From Wallemia ichthyophaga EXF-994 (taxonomy: Eukaryota > Fungi > Basidiomycota): a stretch of DNA of 32,000 nt. The notes beneath the pieces were generated by a model. That model searched no databases and was not told where the DNA came from. It worked only from the letters and a program-made list of their open reading frames with translations. The stretch is from contig NW_008806292.1 in NCBI RefSeq assembly GCF_000400465.1, positions 1-32,000 of the forward strand, read 5' to 3'. This document shows, one piece after another, positions 20,213-32,000 of the stretch (the first letter of the stretch is position 1; each line of letters begins with the position of its first letter). A program made the position numbers and the translations under genes.

Positions 20213-22669
20213 ATGCCCATCGCTTTATCTCCATCTTCCATCATGTCACACCGACCCAGCGCCGACAACGGCCCATTGCTCCCGCAACACAACCGCGATG
20301 ACGACGATGGCGATAAGGATGTGATATTCGACGAAGCGGCGCCTTTGAACGGGAGTCCTGGCGGCACGCACAACCGGACCCGCAGGCAGAAATGGCAGTC
20401 TCCTCGATCCAAGAATATAATGGTAATCTCAGGCTGTCTGTTTATAATCCCGATATTGTGTCTGCTAAGTCCGCTCTTGGCGCTCGACACACTCGTACCA
20501 CATCCCCCGCAAGAAGCACACGCACCCAAACACCACTTCTCCCTGACTGATGCCAAGTCTGACGCCGGCTCACATACGCAGGACCACCGCCCGTGGCCCA
20601 CGGACGACGGTTTCCCATCTGAGCCATTCAGGACCGATCTCGGTGACGTTGGCGGTACTCAGACTGGCGCAGAAGCTTTCATCGTACAGACTGCAGCTGC
20701 TTATCCACTCGAATCTGCCCTTAATCCCGCTATCGTTAAGCCTACTGCTAAGGATGCTCGCGGACCTGATGATTTTGACGTTTTGAGGTGGGAAATGGGT
20801 TTTATTGGGGGAATCCTACTGACGCTGTCATTCCACATTCAAAACTATCAGACACCTAGGCCCCCTCACGCCTTACACCTCTTCGCCTAATTACCTCCCA
20901 ACCACTCCACTCGCGCCTGACACCTGTCAGGTCGAGGAGGTGCATATGCTACACAGACACGGTGTGTGAGGGTGTTTGATATGTGATGGACGTTGACTCT
21001 TTTACAGGATCGAGGTACCCCACGCCGAACTCAATGCCGCTTAGATTTTCCGATAAATTGTCCGCGGCTGTGAAAGAAGCGTATGATTCAGACTATAACA
21101 TTGGCTTCCACGGCGAGCTAGCATTTCTCAACGAGTGGAAGTATGCACTTGGAGAAGCCATTCTCACTCCAGTGGGTAGATGGCAGCTCTACAATTCCGG
21201 TGTAGGTGAAGGGTCACGAATGGAATTTTATGTGTCTCACACCGCTCACAGGCTGGTTTCCGACTAAAATACGGCCATCTCCTCACCAAACTTACAGAAC
21301 ACAAGCCAGTATTCCGTACAACGACGCAGTGAGTGGGTGCTTTATTTTACTTTATCACTCACACCCACTCCCACTTTAGAGACCGCATGTATAAATCAGC
21401 GTGGGTGTCTTGTCAGCGTGCGACTAAGCCCCCATTCACACTCTCACAGCATCAACTGGCTCGCAGGTTTCTTCGGCGTCGAGAGCTGGCAGGAAGAGTC
21501 GCACCTAAGCATCATGCATGAAGCAAGTGGATACAATAACACCCTCGCCCCGTGGGAGATTTGCCCGCGCGAGGATTCATACCAAAGCAAAGCGCATGTC
21601 GGCAAATGGAGGAATAAGTACCTCCGCAATGCGCTAAAACGCCTCAACAAATTAGCTTTTGGGTATGAGTTTGAAATTGGCGATGTTTTTGCAATGCAGG
21701 TGAGTGTACTTTCATCTTTTCAAATTGCAACTGACGTCATCTTTGTTTTTGATATCGATAGGAATTGTGTGCTTGTGGGTGGTTGATTAGAGTTTAGTGT
21801 TGCGCTTGCTCATTACTTACTCATCCCCCAGACGAGACAGTATCACTCGGATACAGTGAATTTTGCCACCTATTCACTAAGCAGGAATGGGAGGGTGAGT
21901 GGTCTTTCTGCTTTTATCTAGTACACGCCCTGACATTTTCACCAGGCTATGACTACTCATGGGATCTGCAATTCTACTATGACGCCGGCTTCGGTAGCCC
22001 CACAGCGCGCGCACAGGGGCTGGGATGGGTTGAAGAGACTCTCGCGCGCATCACCAAGCAGACGCCTGCGCCATATGACTCGACTACCAACTCCACACTC
22101 AATGAGGACCCCGTCACATTCCCCCTCGATATGCCAATGTACACGGATTTCACACACGATACCGTCATAGCAAATGTCGTTGCCGCGCTCAACCTCACCC
22201 AATTCGCAGCTCCTCTGCCATCTAATCGCATTCCGCGCCCTTCGCGTCATAGCAGTCGTTGGCGTACTTCACATATTTCGCCTTTCGCGGGTAATCTCGT
22301 CGTGCAGGTCCTGAGTTGTGACGGGGGCGAGGGTATTAGTGATGTGAGTGAAAAAGAGGACGCTTGGGAAATCACAAAAACACATAAGGTGCCACGTGCA
22401 GGTGAGTGTAGTTGTAGCATTGACCGAGGAACACTAACACTGATACCCGCTCTTTAGGCAGATACATCCGTCTTGCGCTCAACGACGCCGTACACGACTT
22501 GTCGGGTTTGGGCTGTCCATTCGATGACGAGGGCTTGTGTCCGTTGGACACTTTCACAGATGCACTCAACAGGGTGAGAGAAGAGGTGGATTTCGAGGGA
22601 GATTGCCACGGAAAGTGGGATATGGGGGCAAACGATCATGTCTCCAGCGGTCGCCCGCCTGTGCAATAG
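20213..22669 (+). CDS. Histidine acid phosphatase/phytase 1 (clade 2), probable type II membrane anchor
   Basis: Nine introns modelled. RHG|SRYP spans intron 2; DFTHDT acid motif; hydrophobic segment near aa 68-90; micro-exons at 21380-21400 and 21762-21774. Confidence 0.9.
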
Positions 22670-22813
22670 CGTTGGTAAATTAGTGCGTTAGACAAAGTAC
22701 CATGGTTGCCACGCCCATGCTTACGAGATTTTTTGTATTTTTCAAACGTAAAAATCATAGTGATGATCATTGTTCGGAATATCCGCCATCAACTATACAC
22801 TCGACATCGTGCA

Positions 22814-24452
22814 ATGAGAGCAGCACTAGTAGTAGCAGCTTCGTTGCTAGCAGTATCGCGCGGGGAAAGCCAAGCATCTATACCCGCATACAACCTCGAC
22901 CAGCCGTACCGGGGGAGTGTATCTGACGGGACACCGGCACAGCTGGGAGTGAATCCTCCTCAAAGCGTTTCCTATCCATACACGACAGATTATCCAAGCA
23001 TCCTCGTACGTCCAGTGGCGCAAGACGCCGAGAATGCCACCGAATTCGACGTGATGGGGGAGTGGGGAGTGAACATGCCCTACAAATCAGCACCATCCTT
23101 AATACACAACACTTCCCCATTCCCACCGCCCATGTGCACCGTTGCGGGAGTGACGCTGCTGCAGCGACACGGCGAGCGCTATCCGTCGTCGTGGGACCAG
23201 GCGCGCGACGCTGCTGAGGCGATTAAGGGGCTGCGTAACGGTAACGACGAGCTTAATCACGCTCAGGTTCACTTTACCGGCGAGCTTGCCTTCCTCAACA
23301 ATTACACTTATCCACTCGGCAAAAGCAAACTTACTTCGGTCGGCAGGCAAACGATGTATGAGCGCGGTGTGCATTTCGCTGTGCTCTATGGAGCTCTAGT
23401 GGATGGAAGGGGCGAGGACGATGGGCACGATCAGTACAACCAGCACAAAATGGTAGTGCGCACGACCACCGAGCAGCGCATGTTCAGCTCTGCAATCCTC
23501 TTCCTGCACGGACTGTTCGGCGAGGAGTGGGAGGAGCACGCGCAGCTTGTCCAGCAGATTGAAGAGGACGGCTTCAACTCCACTCTCAACGTCTGGAATA
23601 CGTGCAACAGGCCAGATGCAGATCAGGGCGATCCGCGCAAGGATCATTGGCAGGCTATATACCTTCAAAGCGCTGTTGATAGGCTTTCGGAGATGGTCGT
23701 GCACGCCAATTTCACTATCGCAGATGTGGCGGGTATGCAGGATCTATGTGCATGTGAGTGTTGGGTGTTGTTGGTCCGTCAATTCACTGACACCCTTAGA
23801 CGAGACAATCGCACTGGGCTACTCTGCCTTCTGCTCTCTCTTCACTAAGGACGAGTGGATGGGCTATGGGTATGGATACGACTTGTATCACTATGGTGAC
23901 GCTGGCTTTGGCGGTCCTGTCGCTAAAGCGAGTGGTTTAGGCTGGGTAGAAGAGCTGCTCGCGCGACTTACCAACGATCGCGCTAATGTGGCGTACCATA
24001 GCTCCACTAACTCCACGCTGGATACAGATCCTAAGACATTTCCCACAGACCAGCCCGTCAATATTGATTTTACACACGATGTGACTATTGGCGAGGTGGT
24101 AACTGCGCTCAACCTCACGCAATTTGCTCGTCCACTGTCTCAAGACTATATTACAGAAGAGCAGACACGCTGGAAATCGAACGCTATCAGCCCATTTGCT
24201 GCAAACTTGCTCGTCCAAACGCTGTCATGCGACGGTGCACAGTATGCAAGGGTAGTCCTCAATGACGCTGTTCAGCCTCTAGATGGATTGGGTGAGTGTG
24301 CCGGTGATGGTCAGTCTGCACTGGGATTGTGCAGCATGGACACTTTCATCGAGGCTCTCCGCCAAGTTAAAACAGAAATAGATTTTACTTTTGACTGTTT
24401 TGGTGATTTTAATAACACCCACGTTGTCCATAATGGCGTGCCTGAGCTGTAA
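22814..24452 (+). CDS. Secreted histidine acid phosphatase/phytase 2
   Basis: Signal peptide MRAALVVAASLLAVSRG, RHGERYP, DFTHDV, single intron 23754-23799. Confidence 0.92.
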
Positions 24453-24590
24453 TGAAAATTCAGTTTTATTTTGTGTCTCAATATTGTGATGGTGGTCGTG
24501 CCTGGATTATATTGTTTGGATCTTTGGGTCGCACAGAGGACATTGCTATTTAGAGCTCCTACTCACCTACTTATCCCGCATTTGGAACGG

Positions 24591-24596
24591 CACGTG
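24591..24596. promoter_or_regulatory. CACGTG E-box (Pho4/Nuc-1-type site) upstream of phosphatase 3
   Basis: Exact hexamer 107 nt upstream of the ATG at 24703. A single 6-mer can occur by chance. Confidence 0.3.
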
Positions 24597-24702
24597 CGTT
24601 CTGCATTCAGGCTAATCCGCCACGACCAACGTGTGACCAAATTGACGCACGGGGGATACCATTATACTTAAATAGCGAGCAATTCTTTTGGAAGCCATCA
24701 CA

Positions 24703-26447
24703 ATGAAGACAGCGATACAATTGGCAGTAGTTGCGGCACTCGCCGGAGCGACACCGCTCAAGCAATTCGAGACACACAACGCACTCAACCAGCGTGAGTT
24801 TATGAATTTTGACATCTACATTGTGCAACACTGACATTTCCAGGCGCAACCGCAATCAGCGCAGCCGGAAGTCACACATCGGATAGTACACCATGGCCCA
24901 CTGAGGATGGGTACGAGAACCCCGCGTACGCACTTGATCAAGGACACCGCGGCGCAACACCAACGGGGGTCGAGCCAGCAGCGATACAGACGGCGCCAGT
25001 AGGCAGCTATCCTTACGTCAAGCAACCAGCTTCAGGGGTGTACAAACCGCGTGCGCGTGACGCTGCCTCAGCAGCAGAGTTCGATGTAACGGGACACTGG
25101 GGAGTGCTCACACCGTATCGATCCGCACCGGCAATTCTCGACTCCTCCCCGCTCCCTCCACCCGGGTGCAGTGTCGATGGGATAAACGTCGTGCACCGCC
25201 ACGGATCGCGCTACCCTACGCCTTCAGCGAATCCGGCGAAATTCGCAGAGAAGCTGTCCAAGGCGGTTGCCGACTCGAACAACACTGTTGAGTTCACAGG
25301 CGAAATTGAGTTCATGGCGGAATGGACGTACAAGCTCGGCAGTGCGATACTGACCCCGATCGGCCGCACAGAGGAGAGTGACAGCGGTTCGAGCTTCCGC
25401 ACCAACTACGGCTATCTGCTGAACGGGTTCACGGAGCACAAGCCAGTTTTCCGCACGACAACGCAATCACGCATGCTACACAGTGCCGAAGAGTTCCTCA
25501 GCGGGTTCTTCGGCGTGGATGAGTGGGAAACGAATGCGCATCTGGTGCAGATCATCGAGGACAGCGGTGGATTCAACAACACTCTCACACCCTACCAGAC
25601 ATGCGAGAACGGGGGTGTGAGCTCGCAGGGTAGTGCGCGGGCCCAGCAGTGGTACTACCGCTACCTCCAGCCCGCCCAAGCACGTTTAAATGCCCAAACT
25701 ACAAATTTTCACTTGACGCTCGATGATGTGTATGCACTGCAGGATACTTGCGCGTACGAGACTGTGGCATTGGGCTACTCGCAGTTCTGCCACCTCTTCA
25801 CGCGCGCTGAATGGGAAGGGTACGAGTATGCGGCGGATCTCACCCATTACGGCAACGACTCCTTCGGTAGCCCGCTCGCACGCGCGCGGGGGCTCGGCTG
25901 GGTGCAGGAGCTCCTCTACCGCCTGACGGGCGATAGAGAGGCACTGGCAAAGCCGTCGACCATCAACTCTACCCTCGACGCTAACCCAGAAACGCTGCCA
26001 CTGCAGCCTATCAATATCGATTTCAGCCACGATGTCGTCCTCGCTAACATCCTCACGGCACTTAACCTCACCCACCTCGATACTCCTCTGGGCACGCACC
26101 ATGTGGCGGAGTACTCCAAGGATAACTTGCGCTGGGTCACCTCCCACCTCATTCCGTTCGCATCCAACATCGTCGTCCAATCACTCAGCTGCTACGACAC
26201 GCCGTTTAATAGAATCGTCGTCAATGACGCTGTTCACCCCCTCAATGGCATCGAGGGCTGCGAGGAGAACGAGCACGGCTTGTGCGCGAGAGAGCAGTTC
26301 GTTGGGGGCTTGTGGAAGATAGTCGACGAGATCGACTACGCCGAAGCGTGCAACGGCGATGTGGCTGATGAGCTGGTCAGTCATGGCGTGCCCGAACACG
26401 ATTATGGCAAGGACAAGAACAAGGAGCAAAGTGCAGTGCATGAGTAA
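24703..26447 (+). CDS. Secreted histidine acid phosphatase/phytase 3
   Basis: Signal peptide MKTAIQLAVVAALAGA, one intron (GTGAGT...CTGAC...CAG) near the N-terminus, RHGSRYP, DFSHDV; catalytic domain intronless. Confidence 0.92.
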
Positions 26448-26544
26448 GACAAGAGACCTAGAAAGTAAGAACAAGTAAGACGTAAGACGGAAGATGTGGC
26501 GGTAGATATTCCACTGTGTTGTACTACTTATACATAAATATTCT

Positions 26545-28396
26545 TCACAGCAAGAATGCGTGTGAAGTGGTAGGGAAGGCAGTCTCCGATGCCCATCGGC
26601 CTGCCCTCACTCTACCTGCAGCGAGATGGAAGGTGATTTCTTCGCGCTCACCCAAAACGTTGTATCGCTTGACGTTAAGTGTCTCCAGCGCTGGAATGCG
26701 CTTGCTCACACTTTCTGCAAAAGTCCAGTAACGCGCATTGCTCCTCCTGTTCCACTGTCTGCGCAGATCGTCGCGCATGCTGTCGACCGTGCTCGTTGGT
26801 GTGCCTGTACCTGCGCTCGGCGAGAGTGCCACACCGGGCGAGCTCATTTCGGAAACTGGCGTCGTGATTTCAGTGCAAGCGGAGTGGGGCGATTCTGTGC
26901 TAAATTGCGACTGTGATTGGGATTGCGATTGTGTCTGTGTAGTGCTTGACGAATCGACCTGCTCCATTGGCTGCACACCCTTGCCACTTCCACTTCCACT
27001 TCCGCTGCTATTGATACTACTCAAGAAAGCCAAGTTGTGATAGAACTCATTTTGCTTAATAGTCATCTCATGCTCGACGGATGTGTGTGCGTCGCCACAC
27101 TCGTCATCGAGGTCCCAGCCAAGGCTGAGATGACGGAGGTGGGTCATCTTAGCGAGAATCTCCACGAACATACTCAGCGATTGACTAGGTAGCTTCCTCA
27201 GACGCGAGTAGCGGCAGTGGAGTTCACGCAAAGTTGGCAATGTGTCGGCGACCGTCATGAGCCAGTCAAGGGTGGTGGCGAGCGGCTCCACTCGCAGCAC
27301 GTGCAACTGGATAGTAGCGAGACTGTGCACCACTAAATACGCAGACCGAGTGCTGAGCTGGTCTTCGATGGTGAATGAGTGCAGGTTCGTGTTGAGATGC
27401 GCGAACAGATTATCACCAGCTATCGGCGTCGCTGCGAGCGTGAGATGTTTGAGTGAGTTGAGAAGTTTACCAGGTGCATTAATTGCATTCGGCAATTGGC
27501 CTATCCAGTACTGGTTGTTCGGCCGGCCGTGTATCAGCAGCGTCTCTAGCCGTGGTGCATTGGCGAGGAAGGGCTCGAAACTGGGATTAGGGAAACTTCT
27601 CACCAAAGTCAGCTCCTTCAAACATGGCCATAAGCAACTAGATAGAGTGTGAATGGGGAGAAGTAGTTTGAGGTGAAGTTTTTCCAGGGTCGCAGCATTA
27701 GCCTCAACTAGTTTGGACATGAGGACTATAGAATGCCAGATCTGGTCCTCAGAGAAGATTTCCATGTTGTGTGGAGGATCGTTGCCGTGGACATCCTTGT
27801 CGTCTCTGAAGGACAGTTTAAGATGTTTGAGGTTGTTGGGGAGAGTGGATGAGGGCTGTAGAATGGTCACATCCAGTGTGAGTGAGTGTAGCTTGGGGAC
27901 GCAAGAGAATTGCGTCAACGTCTCAGCTGAAAGGGGATCATTTGAGACATATTGAATGGATTTTAGATTTGAAAGAGAAAATAGACTTGGGGGATTGTAC
28001 GTGATTGTGAGATGTCTGATTGGTGTGTCAGATGATGTCATTGAGCGGGTCAAGCAGAACACACTTTACGCAGCGACCAATGACATCCAGCCTCCTGGAA
28101 TCGATTGGGTGAGTGAGCTTCATACAGTTGAAAATTTTCTTCATTGTGATAAGACGAAGCCTGCGATTTAGGCAGCTAGTGAGGAGCTTTTTGTTGAAGC
28201 TGAGTTCGTCGGTGATGAGTTCAACGAGCTCATTTGGGAGTTTCATGAGGTTGAAAGAGGGGTTTTGTGTGCTGTGGCTTTGGCTGTGGCTGTGTGTGTG
28301 GCCTTGACTGCCAACCAGCCTGGACTTGTGTGGAGCGTATTTAGTGAACAAAGAACTAAACGTTGGTATCTTGGCTGGGAGAACTACATCCGTCAT
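26545..28396 (-). CDS. F-box protein with an LRR-like region
   Basis: F-box-like MKLPNELVELITDEL...LTSCLNRRLR. Intron 28016-28064 joins it in frame to the 505-aa ORF with repeated LxxLxL motifs. Start is 28396 or 28246. Confidence 0.75.
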
Positions 28397-28592
28397 ATCT
28401 GATTGATTATCGTGGCTGGTGGCGGTAGCGGTGCAAGTCAAGTTACCGGTAAATTGGATTCAAATATAAAATAAATTCTAATTCACAACAGAAGGCTCTT
28501 TACAACGGATACTCCAACTCCCCATAAGGATCCCTGGATCAATGGGAGTACTACCTGTGAATGGGTGGGTGAGTAAGTGGCGAAAGCGGGAA

Positions 28593-28682
28593 CACAGCTG
28601 TAGCCGTAGCCGTAGAAATAGTAATAAGAATAGCAATAGCCACAGCTACAGCCACAGCCACAGCTACAACCACAACCACACC
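28593..28682. repeat. Degenerate hexamer array (CACAGC/AATAGC/CGTAGC), 15 units
   Basis: Strict 6-nt periodicity read directly from the sequence. Confidence 0.8.
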
Positions 28683-28919
28683 CACCTGGTCCACCAACAA
28701 CATCCTCAAAATCCCGAAAACACCGCCGCTTGATTGATTAAACGCCTTTGTAAAGACAATTTCAAATCTCAAGTCTGGTATTTGTTCGATTGCGTTCATT
28801 TCGCTCATTTCGCTTTCCTCAGTGTACACGCTGCTCGCAGACATATGGCAGTATCTGTAAACCCACATATATTCATATAAACCATCTAGAACGGGTGAAA
28901 TAACAGTGAAATGGTTTTA

Positions 28920-30034
28920 TCACATTAGATCCGTAATTTTCATCTGCCTCTCATCAAATGCCATCGATGCTGTCATTTTAGCACGCGTCATATCCCTCAA
29001 GTGGCCCGCCTCACTGATATGCGTATACCTCACATCGAGCTTCTTTGGCTTGAGATGGTCCTTAGTGGGAGGTATCGACTCTGTCAGCGGCGTCGCCAAA
29101 TTCAGTTCGTCCGGCGGTCCCTCGACCAGTGACTCCTGCTGTTCGATGGTGTTATTAGGGGTTTTCTGCTCTTGCTTGTGTTGCTCCGTCTCTATCCCAT
29201 CACCACCGTCTGCCATTACACTCGCCTGCGCAGGTGTCCCCAATCCTATCTGTATACGATGCCAGCCTGTGTTTTCAAGCGGAGACCTCTGGAATGCTGC
29301 TATTCCCTGCGGGCGTCGTTTCAGCAGAGCATACTGGAGTTCAGCGAGGAGAATGCCGTGAGCGACAACAAAGACGTGTGTTTCCTCGCCCGATATGGCA
29401 CTAGCCATGACGTAAGGCATGATCATGTTTTCCTGGTAAATGAGCGGGTGAGAAGGGGCAAAATGAAGGGCTTAACAATGCCACCCACAATCACCTCCTC
29501 TGCTCTCGCTGCAACATCGTGTAGACTCTCTCCATCCTCAAACTTGAAATCGCGTCCACTCTGTCTTACTGCGTGAGCTGATTTATGGAAATGCACTTGT
29601 CCCACCTTACGCTGCCATTGCGCTTGCTGCCACGACTTGCCTTCGCCCTTACCAAAACTCTGCTCCCTGAGGAGATGTGTGAGGGTGAAAGACGGCGGTG
29701 GATTCGAATTGTTGTGCTGGAGTATCTGTTCTCTGATGGGCGTGTGAGATGTGCTATTTAGATGTGCTATTTGCCACACTAATAGCCACACTCACGCCGT
29801 CCACCTCGCCCTAGTCAGATCACTAGCTATTATCGCCTTAATGGGATAGTCTGTCAGTGACTCTCCAAGCAGCTTGGCTTGGCTCATTCCGTGATTGCTC
29901 AAAGCAGAGTCTCTCCAGCCTGCCCAGAGTGATTTCAGGTTGTCTGCGTGAGTCTTAGCATGTGCCTCTTACGCTCCCTTCTCCTGCTCACCCGTACTCT
30001 CGCCATGCCTCACTAGCGTCAGTATCAACCGCAT
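28920..30034 (-). CDS. Phosphoglycerate-mutase-family (clade 1 histidine) phosphatase
   Basis: Spliced model: MRLILTLVRHGEST, ASDLTRA, LLREQSFG, GESLHDVAARA, VVAHG; four short introns. Confidence 0.9.
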
Positions 30035-30213
30035 CTTTTTCGTGTTTGTATATGTGCGGGAGTGAGAGTGGAGTTATACGTTGATTTTCCTGACTAGTAT
30101 CGATTAATGCATGTGATTATCTTTTTATCTGCGAGTACACGGAAGTTGCCCTTGTTCTACTATCCAATGGTGTTTGTTTGTCGGGTGCAAAATTTCGCTT
30201 GAAATGACGTCAC

Positions 30214-30982
30214 TCAATTTGATTTTTTGGAATGGGCGGGAGTGTCTGGCGCTGGCTTCTTTGAATCCTCTGAAACTGGCTGTCTCCTCGGCTTGCCATC
30301 CTCCTCCTCTTTCTCTCTGTGCTCCTCCTCAGCGACGAAATACTTCCAATCATCGCCGCCACTATCAGCCTTCTTCTGCTGCGACAACTGCTCCTCGCCT
30401 CTGACGCGAATCTGGCTGAGGGAAGCGGTAGCGATAAGGACAGCGAGGGTGGAAACCTGTGCTGCCATTCTCGCCTGCACCAACTTCTGCGAGAAGGTCT
30501 GCGTGGGGTTGCGCCCCCAGATATACGCGCCCGATCCGATCATGCTACCGAACCAGCTACCCACGACAAACTTGAATCTGTTTTCCTTGGCTGCGAGAAG
30601 AATCCTCTCAGAGGTGGACAGATACGCCTCTCTGCGTGCTCGCTCTTGGGTGTGTTTCTCGAGTATCTCCACGCTGTCGACATCCTCGTTCTTCCACTGC
30701 GACCGCATGTGGTCTTCGTATGCAAATTCGGCGTTGGTTGCGCCACAAAGGAGCGTGCCGACGAGCATCAGCCAGCCTTTTTGGACGGGTGGCTGGGCGG
30801 CGATGACTGGGTAGCGGCGCCCTGCGAGGAATAAACCTGCTGCTGAGCTGGGTTGTGTGAGTGTGTGTGGCTCATGTTCTCAGATACACTCACAGCGACG
30901 ATCCAAGTAGCGCTCCTTTTAGCCCACCAAGCGCTGTTGCGCGCCCACTGGCATCCATCTGCTCCTGCGTAATTAATTTCAT
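30214..30982 (-). CDS. RCF2: Respiratory supercomplex factor 2 (HIG1 family)
   Basis: Exon 1 MKLITQEQMD...GGLKGALLG, one intron, then a HIG1-type domain (ENRFKFVVGSW, QKLVQARMAAQ). Confidence 0.85.
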
Positions 30983-31078
30983 TGTGGGTGTCGTAGTGGG
31001 AGACGAGGAGATGACGATATTTCCATCTCTCGTACGACCATCATCGAATTGTAATATTTTATTAATCAAAACATAGAG

Positions 31079-32000
<922 letters not shown>

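Noticed and set aside
28551-28868. 105-aa hydrophobic ORF with (VA)n
   Set aside because: The hydrophobic run is simply the translation of the hexamer microsatellite.
30227-30834. Long plus-strand ORFs opposite RCF2, and similar ones opposite LPD1, the phosphatases and the F-box gene
   Set aside because: Antisense or alternate-frame shadows of well-supported genes.

Overview
Eukaryotic (fungal) nuclear DNA, gene-dense with short (~45-60 nt) GT-AG introns. A compact basidiomycete such as Wallemia is my inference from gene style, not a database result. Left arm: intron-containing tRNA-Cys, LPD1, an SMN homologue, VMA3, a probable Utp8/NOL11-like gene and full-length EF1B-gamma. Right arm: an EF1B-gamma-type GST chimera, a LEA_2-like membrane protein, ORC2, an acidic hypothetical protein, three tandem histidine acid phosphatases (phytase-like), an F-box/LRR-like gene, a phosphoglycerate-mutase-family gene, RCF2 and the 5' part of PAP1. 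The most unusual structure is a 590-bp inverted repeat (8601-9190 / 15031-15620, 4 mismatches, no indels) made from the 3' end of EF1B-gamma. It supplies an in-frame tail to a much older (~64% aa identical) GST-domain paralog. It also encloses a ~5.8-kb AT-rich core with no intact gene, holding decayed fragments (EF1B-gamma GST, Slu7-like C-terminus, F-box/LRR, possibly ubiquitin-like). All family assignments come from motif recognition by eye; no searches were run.
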